NCBI GenBank assembly: GCA_963708075.1 | Contig: OY970194.1 | Coordinates: 4,736,001 to 4,800,000, forward strand | DNA length: 64,000 nt | Origin: Sedimentisphaerales bacterium | GTDB taxonomy: Bacteria; Planctomycetota; Phycisphaerae; Sedimentisphaerales; Anaerobacaceae | Direction of reading: 5' to 3' | In this document: one piece after another, positions 32,120 through 41,933 of the stretch | Numbering within the stretch: position 1 is the stretch's first letter | Layout of the letters: the number at the start of each line of letters is the position of its first letter | Notes under the pieces: generated by a model | What the model saw: the letters and a program-made list of their open reading frames with translations, nothing else | Told to the model about the DNA's origin: nothing | Database searches by the model: none | Program-made: the position numbers and the translations under genes

Positions 32120-32376
32120 GGGTGGCACGGGCAAACTGGCTTTGCCCGTGGGGGCTTCAGATGCGCCTGTTCCATCGAGACAGCACCGTCAAACGAGTTG
32201 GGTTCGTCCCAAATCCTTGAGATCGAGCCTGTGCAAGCTGCGCAGTCGGGTGGCAGCGTCAAGGCCGAAGGCCTTGGCGATGGCGAATGGGCAAGACCAT
32301 CGCCAAGCTGCGCTTGACGCTGCCACCCAAAACTCAACAACTTGGGACGAACCCAACGAGTTTGGCGGTGCCACCC
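32120..32376. repeat. Composite REP-like cluster
   Basis: Several GGGTGGCA/TGCCACCC-bounded palindromes, including the 81-bp unit at 32248-32328 that is homologous to 50530-50619 and 57005-57093. Confidence 0.85.
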
Positions 32377-32640
32377 GAGAAGGAGTTCGCTTGTGTCACT
32401 CTACCCGCCCGGGTCCTGTATCTGTCTTCCTCCTAGTGCGGCGAATTGAGTAGAGCGGACGCCATGTCGCAAACGTGCGGGCGTGTCCCTGTCCCCTCAG
32501 GAGATACCTGATACGAGGGTCATGTTTCCCCTTAAGCGCATTCCTTACTTGCAAAGACCCGTGCGTCACGTACATACTGGAAGACGGGTGACGCGAGAAG
32601 GTCTCGCGGCCGGATTTTTGGCGCCCGCTGGGAAAAGTGT

Positions 32641-32669
32641 TTGCTTGCCGTGGTGCACGGCACTACAAT
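32641..32669 (+). promoter_or_regulatory. Putative promoter with palindromic spacer
   Basis: TTGCTT-17-TACAAT; TGCCGTG-GTG-CACGGCA lies within it. Confidence 0.5.
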
Positions 32670-32719
32670 TTTCTCAGGGACGGTTTGAATTTGTAGTGAG
32701 AGACAAGAAAGGATTCGAG

Positions 32720-32920
32720 ATGGCCAGAAAAGATAGAGACATGACAAAGGGGTCCTGGTCGAAGGACGATCTGAAGGAGCTCAAGAGATTGTTCCCCAAT
32801 CGCCCGACCGCGGAAGTTGCCGCGGAGCTCGGACGTCCCACGGAGGCCGTGAAGAAGAAGGCGTCCCGAATGGGACTGAAGAAGTCTCCCAGGTACATGA
32901 AGTCCCTCGGAAGAATGTAA
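32720..32920 (+). CDS. Small basic HTH/Myb-SANT-like protein (66 aa)
   Basis: AAAGGA RBS; WSKDDLKELKRLF..AEVAAELGRPTEAVKKKASRMGL. Confidence 0.75.
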   Translation: MARKDRDMTKGSWSKDDLKELKRLFPNRPTAEVAAELGRPTEAVKKKASRMGLKKSPRYMKSLGRM

Positions 32921-33123
32921 TCGAAAGAGGTTTCCTGCCCCGCGCTGTCGCATGTTGAACGATGCGCAACGCGGGGCGTGGACAACCTGGCGTCATTCGA
33001 TCTTCACGACATGGGAGGGTATCAGGTTCGGCCGCGCAGGGCCTTCCCTGAGCACGAGCCACCCGGGCGACTGGCCATCACGCTTTCGAATCCGCGATCT
33101 GTGTATCTTTTCGGAATTGGAGT

Positions 33124-34332
33124 ATGACTTCACGAGAGCGTGTGTTGGCAGCGCTGGCGCATCAGCAGTCTGCGCGTGTTCCGGTCGATTTCTCAGGCCA
33201 CCGATCCTCCGGGATCGCCGCTATGGCGTATCCGAAGCTGCGGCAGATCCTCGGCCTGCCCCCGAAGCCCGTCCGCGTGTACGATGTCGTCCAACAGATG
33301 GCTATCGTGGACGAGGATGTGCTCGACCGCTTCGGTGTCGATACCATTGAACTGGGCCGGGGATTTGCGCGGGGGGAGACGGATTGGGTTCCCTGGACGC
33401 TGCCTGACGGTACGGATTGCCTGGTACCCGCCTGGACGCGCATCGAGCGGCAGGAGCGCCGCTGGGTGATCCGGTCCGGCAACGGTACGATCCTTGCCCA
33501 CATGCCCGACGGGGCCTTGTACTTCGAGCAGACCTACTTCCCCATGGCCGCCACAGACGGCCCCAGGACCGTTCGCGAGGCCCTCGACCAAACGATGTGG
33601 ACCGCTATCGCCAGCCCGCCCGGCCCGATTGACATGAAGGCCCTTCACAAGGGCGCGAGGCAACTGCGGGCCAAAACCGACCGGGCGATCATCGGGCTGT
33701 TCGGCGGCAATCTCTTCGAGATCGGCCAGTTCTGCCATCGCAACGACCTGTTCATGATGATGCTCGCCGCCGAGCCTGCGAAGGCCCACGCGTTCCTCGA
33801 TGAGCTCATGGCTATTCACCTGGAACGGCTGGAGCGATTCCTCGCGGCGGTTGGCCGGTACATCGACATCATTCTGTTCGGCGACGACCTGGGCATGCAA
33901 ACCGGCCCGATGATGTCGCCGCGGATGTACTGTGAGTTCTTCAAGCCCCGCCATAAGCTTCTCTGGACCCGCGCCAAAGAGCTGGCCGACGTCAAGGTCA
34001 TGCTCCACTGCTGCGGAGGCGTCCGCGAGCTGATGCCCCACTTGATCGAGGCCGGTCTCGACGCCATCAACCCGGTCCAGATCAGTTGCCGAGGCATGGA
34101 TGCACGCGAGCTCAAGGCCGAATTCGGCAAGGATATCACCTTCTGGGGCGGCGGCTGCGACACGCGCGATATCCTCTCCAGCGCCACGCCCAGGCAGGTG
34201 GCCGAGCACGTCAAGCGGCAGGTCGAGATCCTCCACCCCGGCGGCGGATTCGTCTTCCAGCAGGTGCACAACATCTTAGCCAATGTCCCGCCCGAGAACA
34301 TCGTAGCCATGTTCGACGCGGTGAACGCTTGA
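33124..34332 (+). CDS. Uroporphyrinogen decarboxylase/MtaA-CmuA-like family protein
   Basis: MTSRERV, GDDLG.Q, HCCGG, NPVQ, FWGGG, HNI...VPPEN. Confidence 0.88.
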   Translation: MTSRERVLAALAHQQSARVPVDFSGHRSSGIAAMAYPKLRQILGLPPKPVRVYDVVQQMAIVDEDVLDRFGVDTIELGRGFARGETDWVPWTLPDGTDCLVPAWTRIERQERRWVIRSGNGTILAHMPDGALYFEQTYFPMAATDGPRTVREALDQTMWTAIASPPGPIDMKALHKGARQLRAKTDRAIIGLFGGNLFEIGQFCHRNDLFMMMLAAEPAKAHAFLDELMAIHLERLERFLAAVGRYIDIILFGDDLGMQTGPMMSPRMYCEFFKPRHKLLWTRAKELADVKVMLHCCGGVRELMPHLIEAGLDAINPVQISCRGMDARELKAEFGKDITFWGGGCDTRDILSSATPRQVAEHVKRQVEILHPGGGFVFQQVHNILANVPPENIVAMFDAVNA

Positions 34333-34357
34333 CTTTTGTGCCTGTTCCCGGTATTCT
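34329..34357 (+). promoter_or_regulatory. sigma70 promoter for the trpS operon
   Basis: TTGACT-17-TATTCT. Confidence 0.55.
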
Positions 34358-34417
34358 CGCGCTTTTGTAACTTGCCTAAGTTGTTTTGGACTCTGGTTTT
34401 ACTTCCTGGAGGCAGCG

Positions 34418-35389
34418 TTGAGAGTATTGTCGGGCATCCAGCCGTCAGGCCGATTGCATATCGGCAACTATTTCGGGGCCATCCGCCAGCACATGCGAAT
34501 GCAGGCGGAGCATGAATGCTACTACTTCATCGCCGATTACCACGCTCTAACCAGCAATCCGTCGCCCAAGGTGGTGCAGGAATATACGCTTGGCGTGGCG
34601 ATGGACTACATGGCCCTCGGACTCGACACGGAAAAGACCGTGTTCTGGCGACAGTCGGACGTGCCTGAGGTAACGGAACTGACCTGGCTGCTGTCCTGCA
34701 TCACGCCCATGGGCCTGTTGCAGCGATGCGTCAGCTACAAGGATAAGGTAGCGCAGGGGCTCAGCCCCAATCACGGCCTGTTCGCTTATCCTGTCCTGCA
34801 GGCGGCGGACATCCTGATCGTCAAGTCCGACCTCGTGCCCGTCGGGGCAGACCAGAAACAGCATATCGAGGTGACCCGCGACATCGCCATGCGGTTCAAC
34901 AACGCCTACGGCGAGATCTTCAAGATTCCCGCGGACTACATCATCGAGTCGGTGGCCGTGGTGCCGGGCACCGATGGCCGCAAGATGAGCAAGAGCTATG
35001 GCAATACCATCGAGATCTTCGAGCCCGAAAAGAGCGTAAAGAGTAAGGTAATGAAGATCGTGACCGATTCCACGCCGGTCGAGGCGCCCAAGGACCCGGC
35101 CAAGTGCAACGTGTTCGCCCTTCTGCGGCTGTTCGCCTCGCCGGAGGAGTTGGCCGAGTGGGATCGCCGCTACCGCAGCGGCGGCATGGGCTACGGCGAG
35201 GCCAAGAAACGTCTGGCCGAATTGATCGTCGAGTATTTCAAGCCCTATCGGCAGAAGCGTGCCGAGCTTGAGAAGAACCCGGACGCCGTCGATGCCATGC
35301 TCAAGAAAGGGGCCGAGCGGGCCAGAGCCGTGGCTGCGCCGACCCTCTTGGAGGCTCGAAAGGCCATAGGCTTGGGAGAGCGAAGATGA
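34418..35389 (+). CDS. trpS: Tryptophan--tRNA ligase
   Basis: SGIQPSG.LHIGN, YPVLQAADIL, KMSKS. Confidence 0.97.
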   Translation: MRVLSGIQPSGRLHIGNYFGAIRQHMRMQAEHECYYFIADYHALTSNPSPKVVQEYTLGVAMDYMALGLDTEKTVFWRQSDVPEVTELTWLLSCITPMGLLQRCVSYKDKVAQGLSPNHGLFAYPVLQAADILIVKSDLVPVGADQKQHIEVTRDIAMRFNNAYGEIFKIPADYIIESVAVVPGTDGRKMSKSYGNTIEIFEPEKSVKSKVMKIVTDSTPVEAPKDPAKCNVFALLRLFASPEELAEWDRRYRSGGMGYGEAKKRLAELIVEYFKPYRQKRAELEKNPDAVDAMLKKGAERARAVAAPTLLEARKAIGLGERR

Positions 35390-35700
35390 ACGAGAAACTC
35401 GTTACCGTAGCGCGTTTCAGCGATTACATGCAGGCGGAGTTGGCCCGGCAACTGCTCGATAGCCAGGGCATCACGGCGTTCGTCATGGGCCAGAACGTCG
35501 CCTCCGTCTATGGAGGCGTTCCGGCGGCCGTCGATGTCCAGCTTCAGACGCCCGAGAGCCAGGCCGACGAGGCCAAAGAGATCCTCGAAGCCAGCAGGCA
35601 GCAAGGGGAGGAATCGGAGCAGGAGACGGAGGAGGACATGGAACAGGGCTGGGATGGGGGCCTCGAAGACGAGCAGGATGAGGAGCCGGAACAGGAGTAG
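35386..35700 (+). CDS. DUF2007-type putative signal-transducing protein with acidic tail
   Basis: LVTVARF..AELARQLLDSQGI..V..; overlaps the trpS stop. Confidence 0.75.
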   Translation: MNEKLVTVARFSDYMQAELARQLLDSQGITAFVMGQNVASVYGGVPAAVDVQLQTPESQADEAKEILEASRQQGEESEQETEEDMEQGWDGGLEDEQDEEPEQE

Positions 35701-35703
35701 CCA

Positions 35704-36684
35704 GTGGCTGATTACCGCGTCAACCTCGACATATTCGCCGGGCCGTTAGACCTGTTGCTGTACCTCGTCCGCAAGGAAGAGGTGGATATCTACGATATCC
35801 CACTCGCCAAGATCACCGACCAGTATCTGCAATACCTCGAACTGCTCAAGCAGCTCGATATCGACCTGGCGGGCGACTTCCTGGTCATGGCCGCCACGTT
35901 GATGGAGATCAAGTCGGCGATGCTCCTGCCGAGGGCCGATCCGGAGCAGGCGGGCGAGGCGGAAGTGAACGATCCGCGGGCCGAGCTGATCCGCCAGCTC
36001 CTCGAATACAAGAGATTCAAGGACGCCGCGAATCTGCTCGACGCCGCCGCCGAACGGCATCAGGAGCGGCAGGGCCGGCCCACCAACCTCATCGACAAAC
36101 TCGTCCCCGACGCCGAGCCTGAGATCGACATGGATCAGGTCAGCATCTGGGACCTGCTAGAAGCCTTTGACGCGATCTGCAAGGCGACCGGCACGAGCAC
36201 GTACACCGGCCATATCCGGGATGATACCCCCATCGATCTGTACCAGATCGAAGTGCTGCATCGCCTCCAGACGGAAGGCCCGTTGACTTTCGAGCGCATT
36301 TTCGACGCCAAGCCGAATCGCCTGGTGATGGTCGGAGTCTTCCTGGGGATTCTGGAGTTGATTCGCGGCAAGCTCATCTGGGCCGAGCAGGGCGAGAACA
36401 CCTCCCAGATCTACCTGCGGTCCCTGACCGAGGAGCCGGCGGAACAGGCCGTGCAAAGGGCCATCATGGCCGTCGGCGATGTGGAGGCGGAAGCGCCGGC
36501 CCAGGCCGAGACCGCCCAGACGCCTCCCATCCCCATCGTGGAGCTGCCGGCCAAGTCACAGGCAGAGGCTGATGAACAAGAGGACGACGAGGAGATTACA
36601 CAAGAGGAGGACTTCGATACCGAGGAGGCGGCCGGCACAGCCGACGATGATTTGGTGCTTGACGAACCCTTGGGGGAAGGATGA
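35704..36684 (+). CDS. scpA: Segregation and condensation protein A
   Basis: FAGPLDLLLYLV, FLVMAATL.EIKS.MLLP, DPRAEL...LLEYK. Confidence 0.93.
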   Translation: MADYRVNLDIFAGPLDLLLYLVRKEEVDIYDIPLAKITDQYLQYLELLKQLDIDLAGDFLVMAATLMEIKSAMLLPRADPEQAGEAEVNDPRAELIRQLLEYKRFKDAANLLDAAAERHQERQGRPTNLIDKLVPDAEPEIDMDQVSIWDLLEAFDAICKATGTSTYTGHIRDDTPIDLYQIEVLHRLQTEGPLTFERIFDAKPNRLVMVGVFLGILELIRGKLIWAEQGENTSQIYLRSLTEEPAEQAVQRAIMAVGDVEAEAPAQAETAQTPPIPIVELPAKSQAEADEQEDDEEITQEEDFDTEEAAGTADDDLVLDEPLGEG

Positions 36685-36764
36685 TGGATAATTGATAATG
36701 GATGATTGAAGAAGGGGTCAGCTCCTTGACCCGAATTATCAATCATCAATTATCAATAATCAAT
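36680..36764. repeat. Inverted heptamer-repeat hairpin (TGATAAT/ATTATCA type)
   Basis: (GATGATT/GATAATT)n ... (AATCATC/AATTATC)n between scpA and trxA. Confidence 0.75.
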
Positions 36765-36781
36765 TTCGAAAGGACAATGCC

Positions 36782-37108
36782 ATGTCAGGCAATGTGATTG
36801 AGCTGACGGACGCCGATTTCGATGAGACGGTGCAGAACTCGGAAGTGCCGGTGCTCGTGGATTTCTGGGCCCCGTGGTGCGGCCCGTGCAGGATGATGAC
36901 CCCGATCATCGAGCAGATCGCGACCGAGTACGCGGAGAAGGCGAAGATCTGCAAGGTCAACACGGATGAAAGCCGCAACACCGCCGTGAAGTTCGGCATC
37001 AACGCGATCCCGACGCTCATCCTGTTCAAGGGCGGGCAGGTGCAGAAGAAGTGGGTCGGCGTGACCAGTAAGAAGGACATCAGCGACACGATTAACGGGC
37101 TCCTTTGA
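36782..37108 (+). CDS. trxA: Thioredoxin
   Basis: DFWAPWCGPC. Confidence 0.97.
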   Translation: MSGNVIELTDADFDETVQNSEVPVLVDFWAPWCGPCRMMTPIIEQIATEYAEKAKICKVNTDESRNTAVKFGINAIPTLILFKGGQVQKKWVGVTSKKDISDTINGLL

Positions 37109-37109
37109 A

Positions 37110-37965
37110 ATGTCCCACAGAATCACAGGTAAACGTCAAATCGGAGAAGACGTCTTCTGGGCGGAGGTCGAGGCCCCGCTGATTGCGGCGGCTCGCAAGC
37201 CCGGCCAGTTCGTTCTTGTCTGTATCGATAGCAATTATTCCGAGCGCATCCCGCTGACGATCGCCGAGGTGAATCGCGAGAAGGGCACGATCGAGTTGAT
37301 CTGGCAGCGGGTGGGTAAGACCACGACCGAGATGGCGGACATGAAGGAAGGTGATGTGATTGGGAATATCGCCGGGCCCCTCGGCACGCCCACGCACATC
37401 ACGCGTTACGGCACGGTCGTCTGCGTTGGAGGCGGCATCGGCAACGCCCCGCTGCTGCCCATCGCCACCGCGCTCAAGCACGCGGGCAACCGAGTCATCA
37501 GCATCCTCGGGGCCAGGGACAAGACCCGGCTGATTCTCGAAGACCGCTTCGCAAAAGTCAGTGACGAGATGATCGTCTGCACCGACGACGGCTCCTACGC
37601 TCGCAAAGCCCTGGTGACGGAGCCGCTCAAAGAGGTCTGCGGACGCAATCCCAAGCCCGATCATGCGTTCATCATCGGCCCGACGCCGATGATGAAGTTT
37701 TGTTGCGAGGTGACGCGGCAGTTCAGCGTACCGACCGAGGTTCTCGCTGAACACGATCATGGTCGATGGCACGGGCATGTGCGGCGGCTGCCGCGTCGAG
37801 GTGGACGGCAAAGCCAAATTCGTCTGCGTGGACGGCCCCGAATTCGACGGACACAAGGTCAACTTCGACCTCATGATCAAACGGTTGAACGCCTACAAAG
37901 CCCAGGAGCGACAGGCCCACGAGAACTATAAGCAGCACCGCTGCAAATTGGGCCCCGAAAATTGA
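37110..37965 (+). CDS. nfnA: NfnA/SudB-type ferredoxin:NADP+ oxidoreductase small subunit (apparent frameshift near 37742)
   Basis: PGQFV, ERIPLTI, GPLG, GGGIG, then SLNTIMVDGTGMCGGCRV..CVDGPEF in the shifted frame. Confidence 0.9.
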
Positions 37966-38048
37966 TGAAGGATGATGGATGATTGATTATTGAGAGAGCG
38001 AGAGCGAATTCCTCTGCAATCATCAATAATCAATCATCGATAATCAAT
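37961..38048. repeat. Inverted heptamer-repeat hairpin
   Basis: GATGATG/GATGATT/GATTATT ... AATCATC/AATAATC units spanning the nfnA stop to the nfnB start. Confidence 0.75.
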
Positions 38049-39540
38049 GACTATGACCAATGACGAGAGAAAGAAATTGCTGGGTGACCTGCTGGCAAAG
38101 AAGGACGCCGGCGTGTTGAAAGTCAAGGACCGCATGGCGATCCCGGCGCAGGCGATGCCTGAGCAGGACGCCCAGGCCCGCCGCCGCAACGTGAACGAGG
38201 TGGCTCAGGGCTATACCGAAGAGCAGGCCCGGATCGAGGCGCTGCGATGCCTCCAATGCAAGAATACCCCGTGCATCGAGGGCTGCCCGGTCCGCATCCG
38301 CATCCGCGATTTTGTCGGCGCGATCGCCGAGGGCGACTATCGCAGGGCGCTGCAGATCATCAAGGAGAACTCCCTGCTTCCGGCGGTCTGCGGCCGGGTC
38401 TGTCCCCAGGAGGTTCAGTGCCAGGAGAAATGCACGGTTGGTCTGAGCCTCAAGGACGTGTCCAAGGCCGTTTCCATCGGCCGGCTGGAGCGATTCGTCG
38501 CCGATCTCACTCATGACGGGGATTCCGCGATTCCGCAGGTGGCGCCGCCAACCGGCATGAAAGTAGCGATCATCGGCTCGGGTCCCGGCGGGATTGTCGC
38601 CGCCGCCGACGCGAGAAGAGCCGGGCACGACGTCACCGTCTTCGAGGCCTTCCACAAGCCGGGCGGAGTCATGGTCTACGGCATCCCCGAGTTCCGGCTG
38701 CCCAAGGCCATCGTGCAAAAGGAGATCGAGACCCTTAAGCAGATGGGCATCAAGATCGTCACGAACTTCATCGTCGGCCGAACGAAGACCATCGAGCAAC
38801 TGATGAAAGAGGACGGCTTCGATGCCGTCTATATCGGCGTGGGGGCGGGCCTGCCCAGCTTCATGGACATCGACGGTGAGTCGCTCGTCGGCGTCTATAG
38901 CGCCAACGAATATCTCACCCGGGCCAACCTGATGAAGGCCTATGAATTCGGCGCGGGGGCGGATACGCCCATCGCGATGTCGAAGAGGGTCGCCGTCATC
39001 GGCGGCGGAAATGTCGCCATGGACTCGGCCCGCACCGCCGTGCGACTCGGCGCCGAAAAAGTCTATCTCATCTACCGCCGGACAGAGAAAGAAATGCCCG
39101 CACGCGTGGAGGAAGTCCATCACGCCCAGCAGGAAGGCGTGGAGTTCCACCTGCTGCAAAACCCCAAACGGATCATCGGCGACGACAAGGGCATCGTCAC
39201 GGGGATCGAATGCCTTCGCTACGAGCTTGGCGAACCCGACGCCTCCGGCCGCCGCCGCCCCGTCGCGATCCCCGGCTCGGAGTTCCGGATCGACGTCGAT
39301 ACCGTCATCGTCGCCATCGGCAACCTGGCCAACCCCTTGATCCGCCAGACCACCCCGGGCCTGGAGTTCAACAAGTGGGGCAATATCGTGGTCGATGAGA
39401 ACTGCCGGACCTCGATGGAGGGCATCTTCGCCGGCGGAGACATCGTCCTCGGCGCCGCCACGGTCATCCTCGCCATGGGCCAGGGCCGAATCGCCGCCGC
39501 CGCCATCAACAAGTACCTGGCCGAGAAGAAGAGCAAATAG
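38047..39540 (+). CDS. nfnB: NfnB/GltD-like large subunit
   Basis: RCLQC, CPV, CGRVCPQE.QC, GSGPGG, GGGNVAMD, GGDIV.GAATVI; paired with nfnA. Confidence 0.92.
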   Translation: MTMTNDERKKLLGDLLAKKDAGVLKVKDRMAIPAQAMPEQDAQARRRNVNEVAQGYTEEQARIEALRCLQCKNTPCIEGCPVRIRIRDFVGAIAEGDYRRALQIIKENSLLPAVCGRVCPQEVQCQEKCTVGLSLKDVSKAVSIGRLERFVADLTHDGDSAIPQVAPPTGMKVAIIGSGPGGIVAAADARRAGHDVTVFEAFHKPGGVMVYGIPEFRLPKAIVQKEIETLKQMGIKIVTNFIVGRTKTIEQLMKEDGFDAVYIGVGAGLPSFMDIDGESLVGVYSANEYLTRANLMKAYEFGAGADTPIAMSKRVAVIGGGNVAMDSARTAVRLGAEKVYLIYRRTEKEMPARVEEVHHAQQEGVEFHLLQNPKRIIGDDKGIVTGIECLRYELGEPDASGRRRPVAIPGSEFRIDVDTVIVAIGNLANPLIRQTTPGLEFNKWGNIVVDENCRTSMEGIFAGGDIVLGAATVILAMGQGRIAAAAINKYLAEKKSK

Positions 39541-39571
39541 CGCTGCCCCCGTGCCGCGGCTGAAAGTGACT

Positions 39572-40135
39572 CTAACTAAGCTCAATCTCAAACTCACAAC
39601 TATCTGCCCCTTGGATGATTGACTGCTTCAGTTTCACCTCTACCGGCTTATCGAACGCGGCTTCGAAGAGGGACTTATACCATCCCGCGGAGCAATGGCA
39701 ATAGGTATCGGTCGGGAACGGTTGCTGGGTCTGCTTCACCCGTCCGCAGTAACACCAGTCGTAGCCGCCCACGATCGTGTTGGGGTTTTTCAGTTTCAGC
39801 CTTCCTCCGCCGATGCCTCTTTCATTCAGCCTGGCGAGCAGTTCCTTGACCGATTTCGATTCCTTCATGAACTGCCTGGCGCGTTTCTGCTGTGTAGGAC
39901 CGCAGCATTTCATTCCGCAGGCCTGCATTACCTTTCTCGCCGTGGGTCTACCCGCTTCCTTCTCAAGACGCCGGACAGCATTCTTTATCCATTCGGCTTT
40001 CTGTGCGTAGTCCGATGTCGCATCAAATCGCTCAGTTTCGATGATGACCTTCTCAGATACCGCTGCGCCGGCTTCAGCGTCGATGCAGCGCTTGAACCTG
40101 GTCATCCACCCGCCGAGTCTTTGGGCCTTTGCCAT
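39572..40135 (-). CDS. Cys-rich hypothetical protein (DUF6144-like)
   Basis: CGMKC, CYC, YCHCSAGW, SI..G...CEF; AGGAGG RBS. Confidence 0.7.
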   Translation of the reverse strand: MAKAQRLGGWMTRFKRCIDAEAGAAVSEKVIIETERFDATSDYAQKAEWIKNAVRRLEKEAGRPTARKVMQACGMKCCGPTQQKRARQFMKESKSVKELLARLNERGIGGGRLKLKNPNTIVGGYDWCYCGRVKQTQQPFPTDTYCHCSAGWYKSLFEAAFDKPVEVKLKQSIIQGADSCEFEIELS

Positions 40136-40180
40136 TTACTGTGCCTCCTTCTGAAGACCCACGTATCGATTTGCCACGAA

Positions 40181-41602
40181 CTACTTGGGAAATCCAGGTT
40201 TAATGTAGCGGTCGGCCCAGGCCAGGAAGGTGGGCCAGTTGGGGCCGGTGGTGTGGCCGCCGGCGTGCTGGCGCCAGGCGAGCTCGCCATCCATCAAGCC
40301 GGTCTCCACGGGCGGGAACTCGGTGGCGCCCAGGTCCTTCTTTCCGAGGAGTCTGTATACCGGTCCGGCGGCGACGGCGGCCATGAAGCTGCCCTTCTGG
40401 TCCACCCAGGTGCCTTCCGCGCCCGGACCCGACGACGCGCCGTAGCTGATGAACGTCGGGCGAGGGGCGCACAGGGCGATCAGCTCGTGCGCGTCCACGG
40501 GCAAGTCGCCTGCGTTTTGCGGTCCGCCATACTTGAGCAAGTTGCCGGCCATCCAATGGTACTCCCCGCTTCCTGTGAGATTTTCCACCAGTTCGCCGAA
40601 ATTCCGGCGGTGAAGCTTGGCGCCACCTTCGCCGGAGGAGCCGATGAAACCGATGGCGAAACGCTGGTCATAAGCCATCGCGACAAGCGCGGCCTTGCCG
40701 TAACGGGAGAGACCCTCGATGCCGACCTGCTTGGCGTCCACAGCCTTATCCGTTTCGAGATAATCCAAGGCCCGGCTGGCGCCCCACGCCCAGGCGCGCA
40801 ACGCGCCCCAATCCTCCGGCTTTCGGGGCCGGCCTTTGTTGCACAGGCCGATGATGCCCTGAGTCAGGCCGGCGCCGCTATCCGCTTGAATGCTGTTCGG
40901 GACGATGATGGCATAGCCCCAGCCTTTGGCCAGAACCTGCCGCTGCCAACCTCCGCCGAACCCGCCGGGACCGCCCTTCCGCGCGCCGCCGAAGCCGCCG
41001 GGCCCAAATGAAAAGCCGAACTCCATCATTACGGGGACGGGACCGGTCGCGTTGGCCGGCGTGGTCAGCGTCAGCCGGATGTCCACGGTGATCGCAGGAC
41101 ACGAGGAATTGTCGACGTGGCCCACGAGCTGCTTCGTGATGACCGGCACATTACTGTCGGTTTCTTTGGTCGTCTCAGTCACTTCCCATGTCACCTTCGG
41201 CGTGTCCCCGGGCACTCGGCCATAGACCTCGCGGTCGAAGTCCTCCACGATTTCCGGCCGGCGCCGGTCCCACCACATCTGGGCCGTCGTCACCTTCTGC
41301 CCATTCTTGAGCGTCAGCGGGTCCGGCAGGTTCGGGTAAGGATTGGCCTTGGACTCATCGGTGTTCTGGTAATAGGGCGACTGGCGGTTCATGCCGTCGG
41401 CGCCCCGCCTCAGCGTCTTGATGCCCAATTGATCCATCATGTTCTGATGGTCCTCCTGGGCGGTCATCTTCACAGAACCCGGCGGAGTCCCGCTCTCCGG
41501 CGGTTTCGCCGACTCAGCCCCCCGTGCCGGCGGGCCGGCAACCAGCAGCAGTAGAGCCAATTCAAACGACCAGCGAACCGATCTCATCGCCGTGGTAGAC
41601 AT
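40181..41602 (-). CDS. CE15 glucuronoyl-esterase-like secreted esterase
   Basis: Signal peptide; LRAWAWG, GLSRYGK nucleophile motif, SGEGG, HELIALCAPRP. Confidence 0.88.
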   Translation of the reverse strand: MSTTAMRSVRWSFELALLLLVAGPPARGAESAKPPESGTPPGSVKMTAQEDHQNMMDQLGIKTLRRGADGMNRQSPYYQNTDESKANPYPNLPDPLTLKNGQKVTTAQMWWDRRRPEIVEDFDREVYGRVPGDTPKVTWEVTETTKETDSNVPVITKQLVGHVDNSSCPAITVDIRLTLTTPANATGPVPVMMEFGFSFGPGGFGGARKGGPGGFGGGWQRQVLAKGWGYAIIVPNSIQADSGAGLTQGIIGLCNKGRPRKPEDWGALRAWAWGASRALDYLETDKAVDAKQVGIEGLSRYGKAALVAMAYDQRFAIGFIGSSGEGGAKLHRRNFGELVENLTGSGEYHWMAGNLLKYGGPQNAGDLPVDAHELIALCAPRPTFISYGASSGPGAEGTWVDQKGSFMAAVAAGPVYRLLGKKDLGATEFPPVETGLMDGELAWRQHAGGHTTGPNWPTFLAWADRYIKPGFPK

Positions 41603-41726
41603 AGGGTTCTCCTCGAAATCTGCGCAACGCCGCACCCATTCCGTGCCTCGTCGCTGTCGGCAACAGTATAGCCGCAATCCCAGCAGCGATCAAAGGCCAA
41701 ACCCCTGAAGATAGGTGACGTCGCAT

Positions 41727-41933
41727 GTAGGGTGGGTTCTTAACCCACGCGTCAAGCAACGCCTCGATCAGGCAACTGCGTAGGTCAAGGACCCATCCCA
41801 CGAGCCCCCTCTTGTGTAGGTCGTGCGTCCCCGCACGACAGGAGGGCGAGCGCCGGGTGCAGTGTCTACGCTTGCGCAGACATGTTCCGTGCGATAGGCA
41901 GGGCATGCTTACGCGAGCGTAAGCATGGCACCC
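41727..41933. repeat. REP-like cluster (GTAG-type plus GCATGCTTACGC type)
   Basis: GTAGGGTGGG..., GTAGGTCGTGCG..CGCACGAC, and an inverted copy of the 1137 element at about 41855-41933. Confidence 0.8.

Noticed and set aside
38047..39540. Glutamate synthase small subunit
   Set aside because: There is no gltB, and the adjacent NfnA-type gene indicates an NfnAB transhydrogenase.
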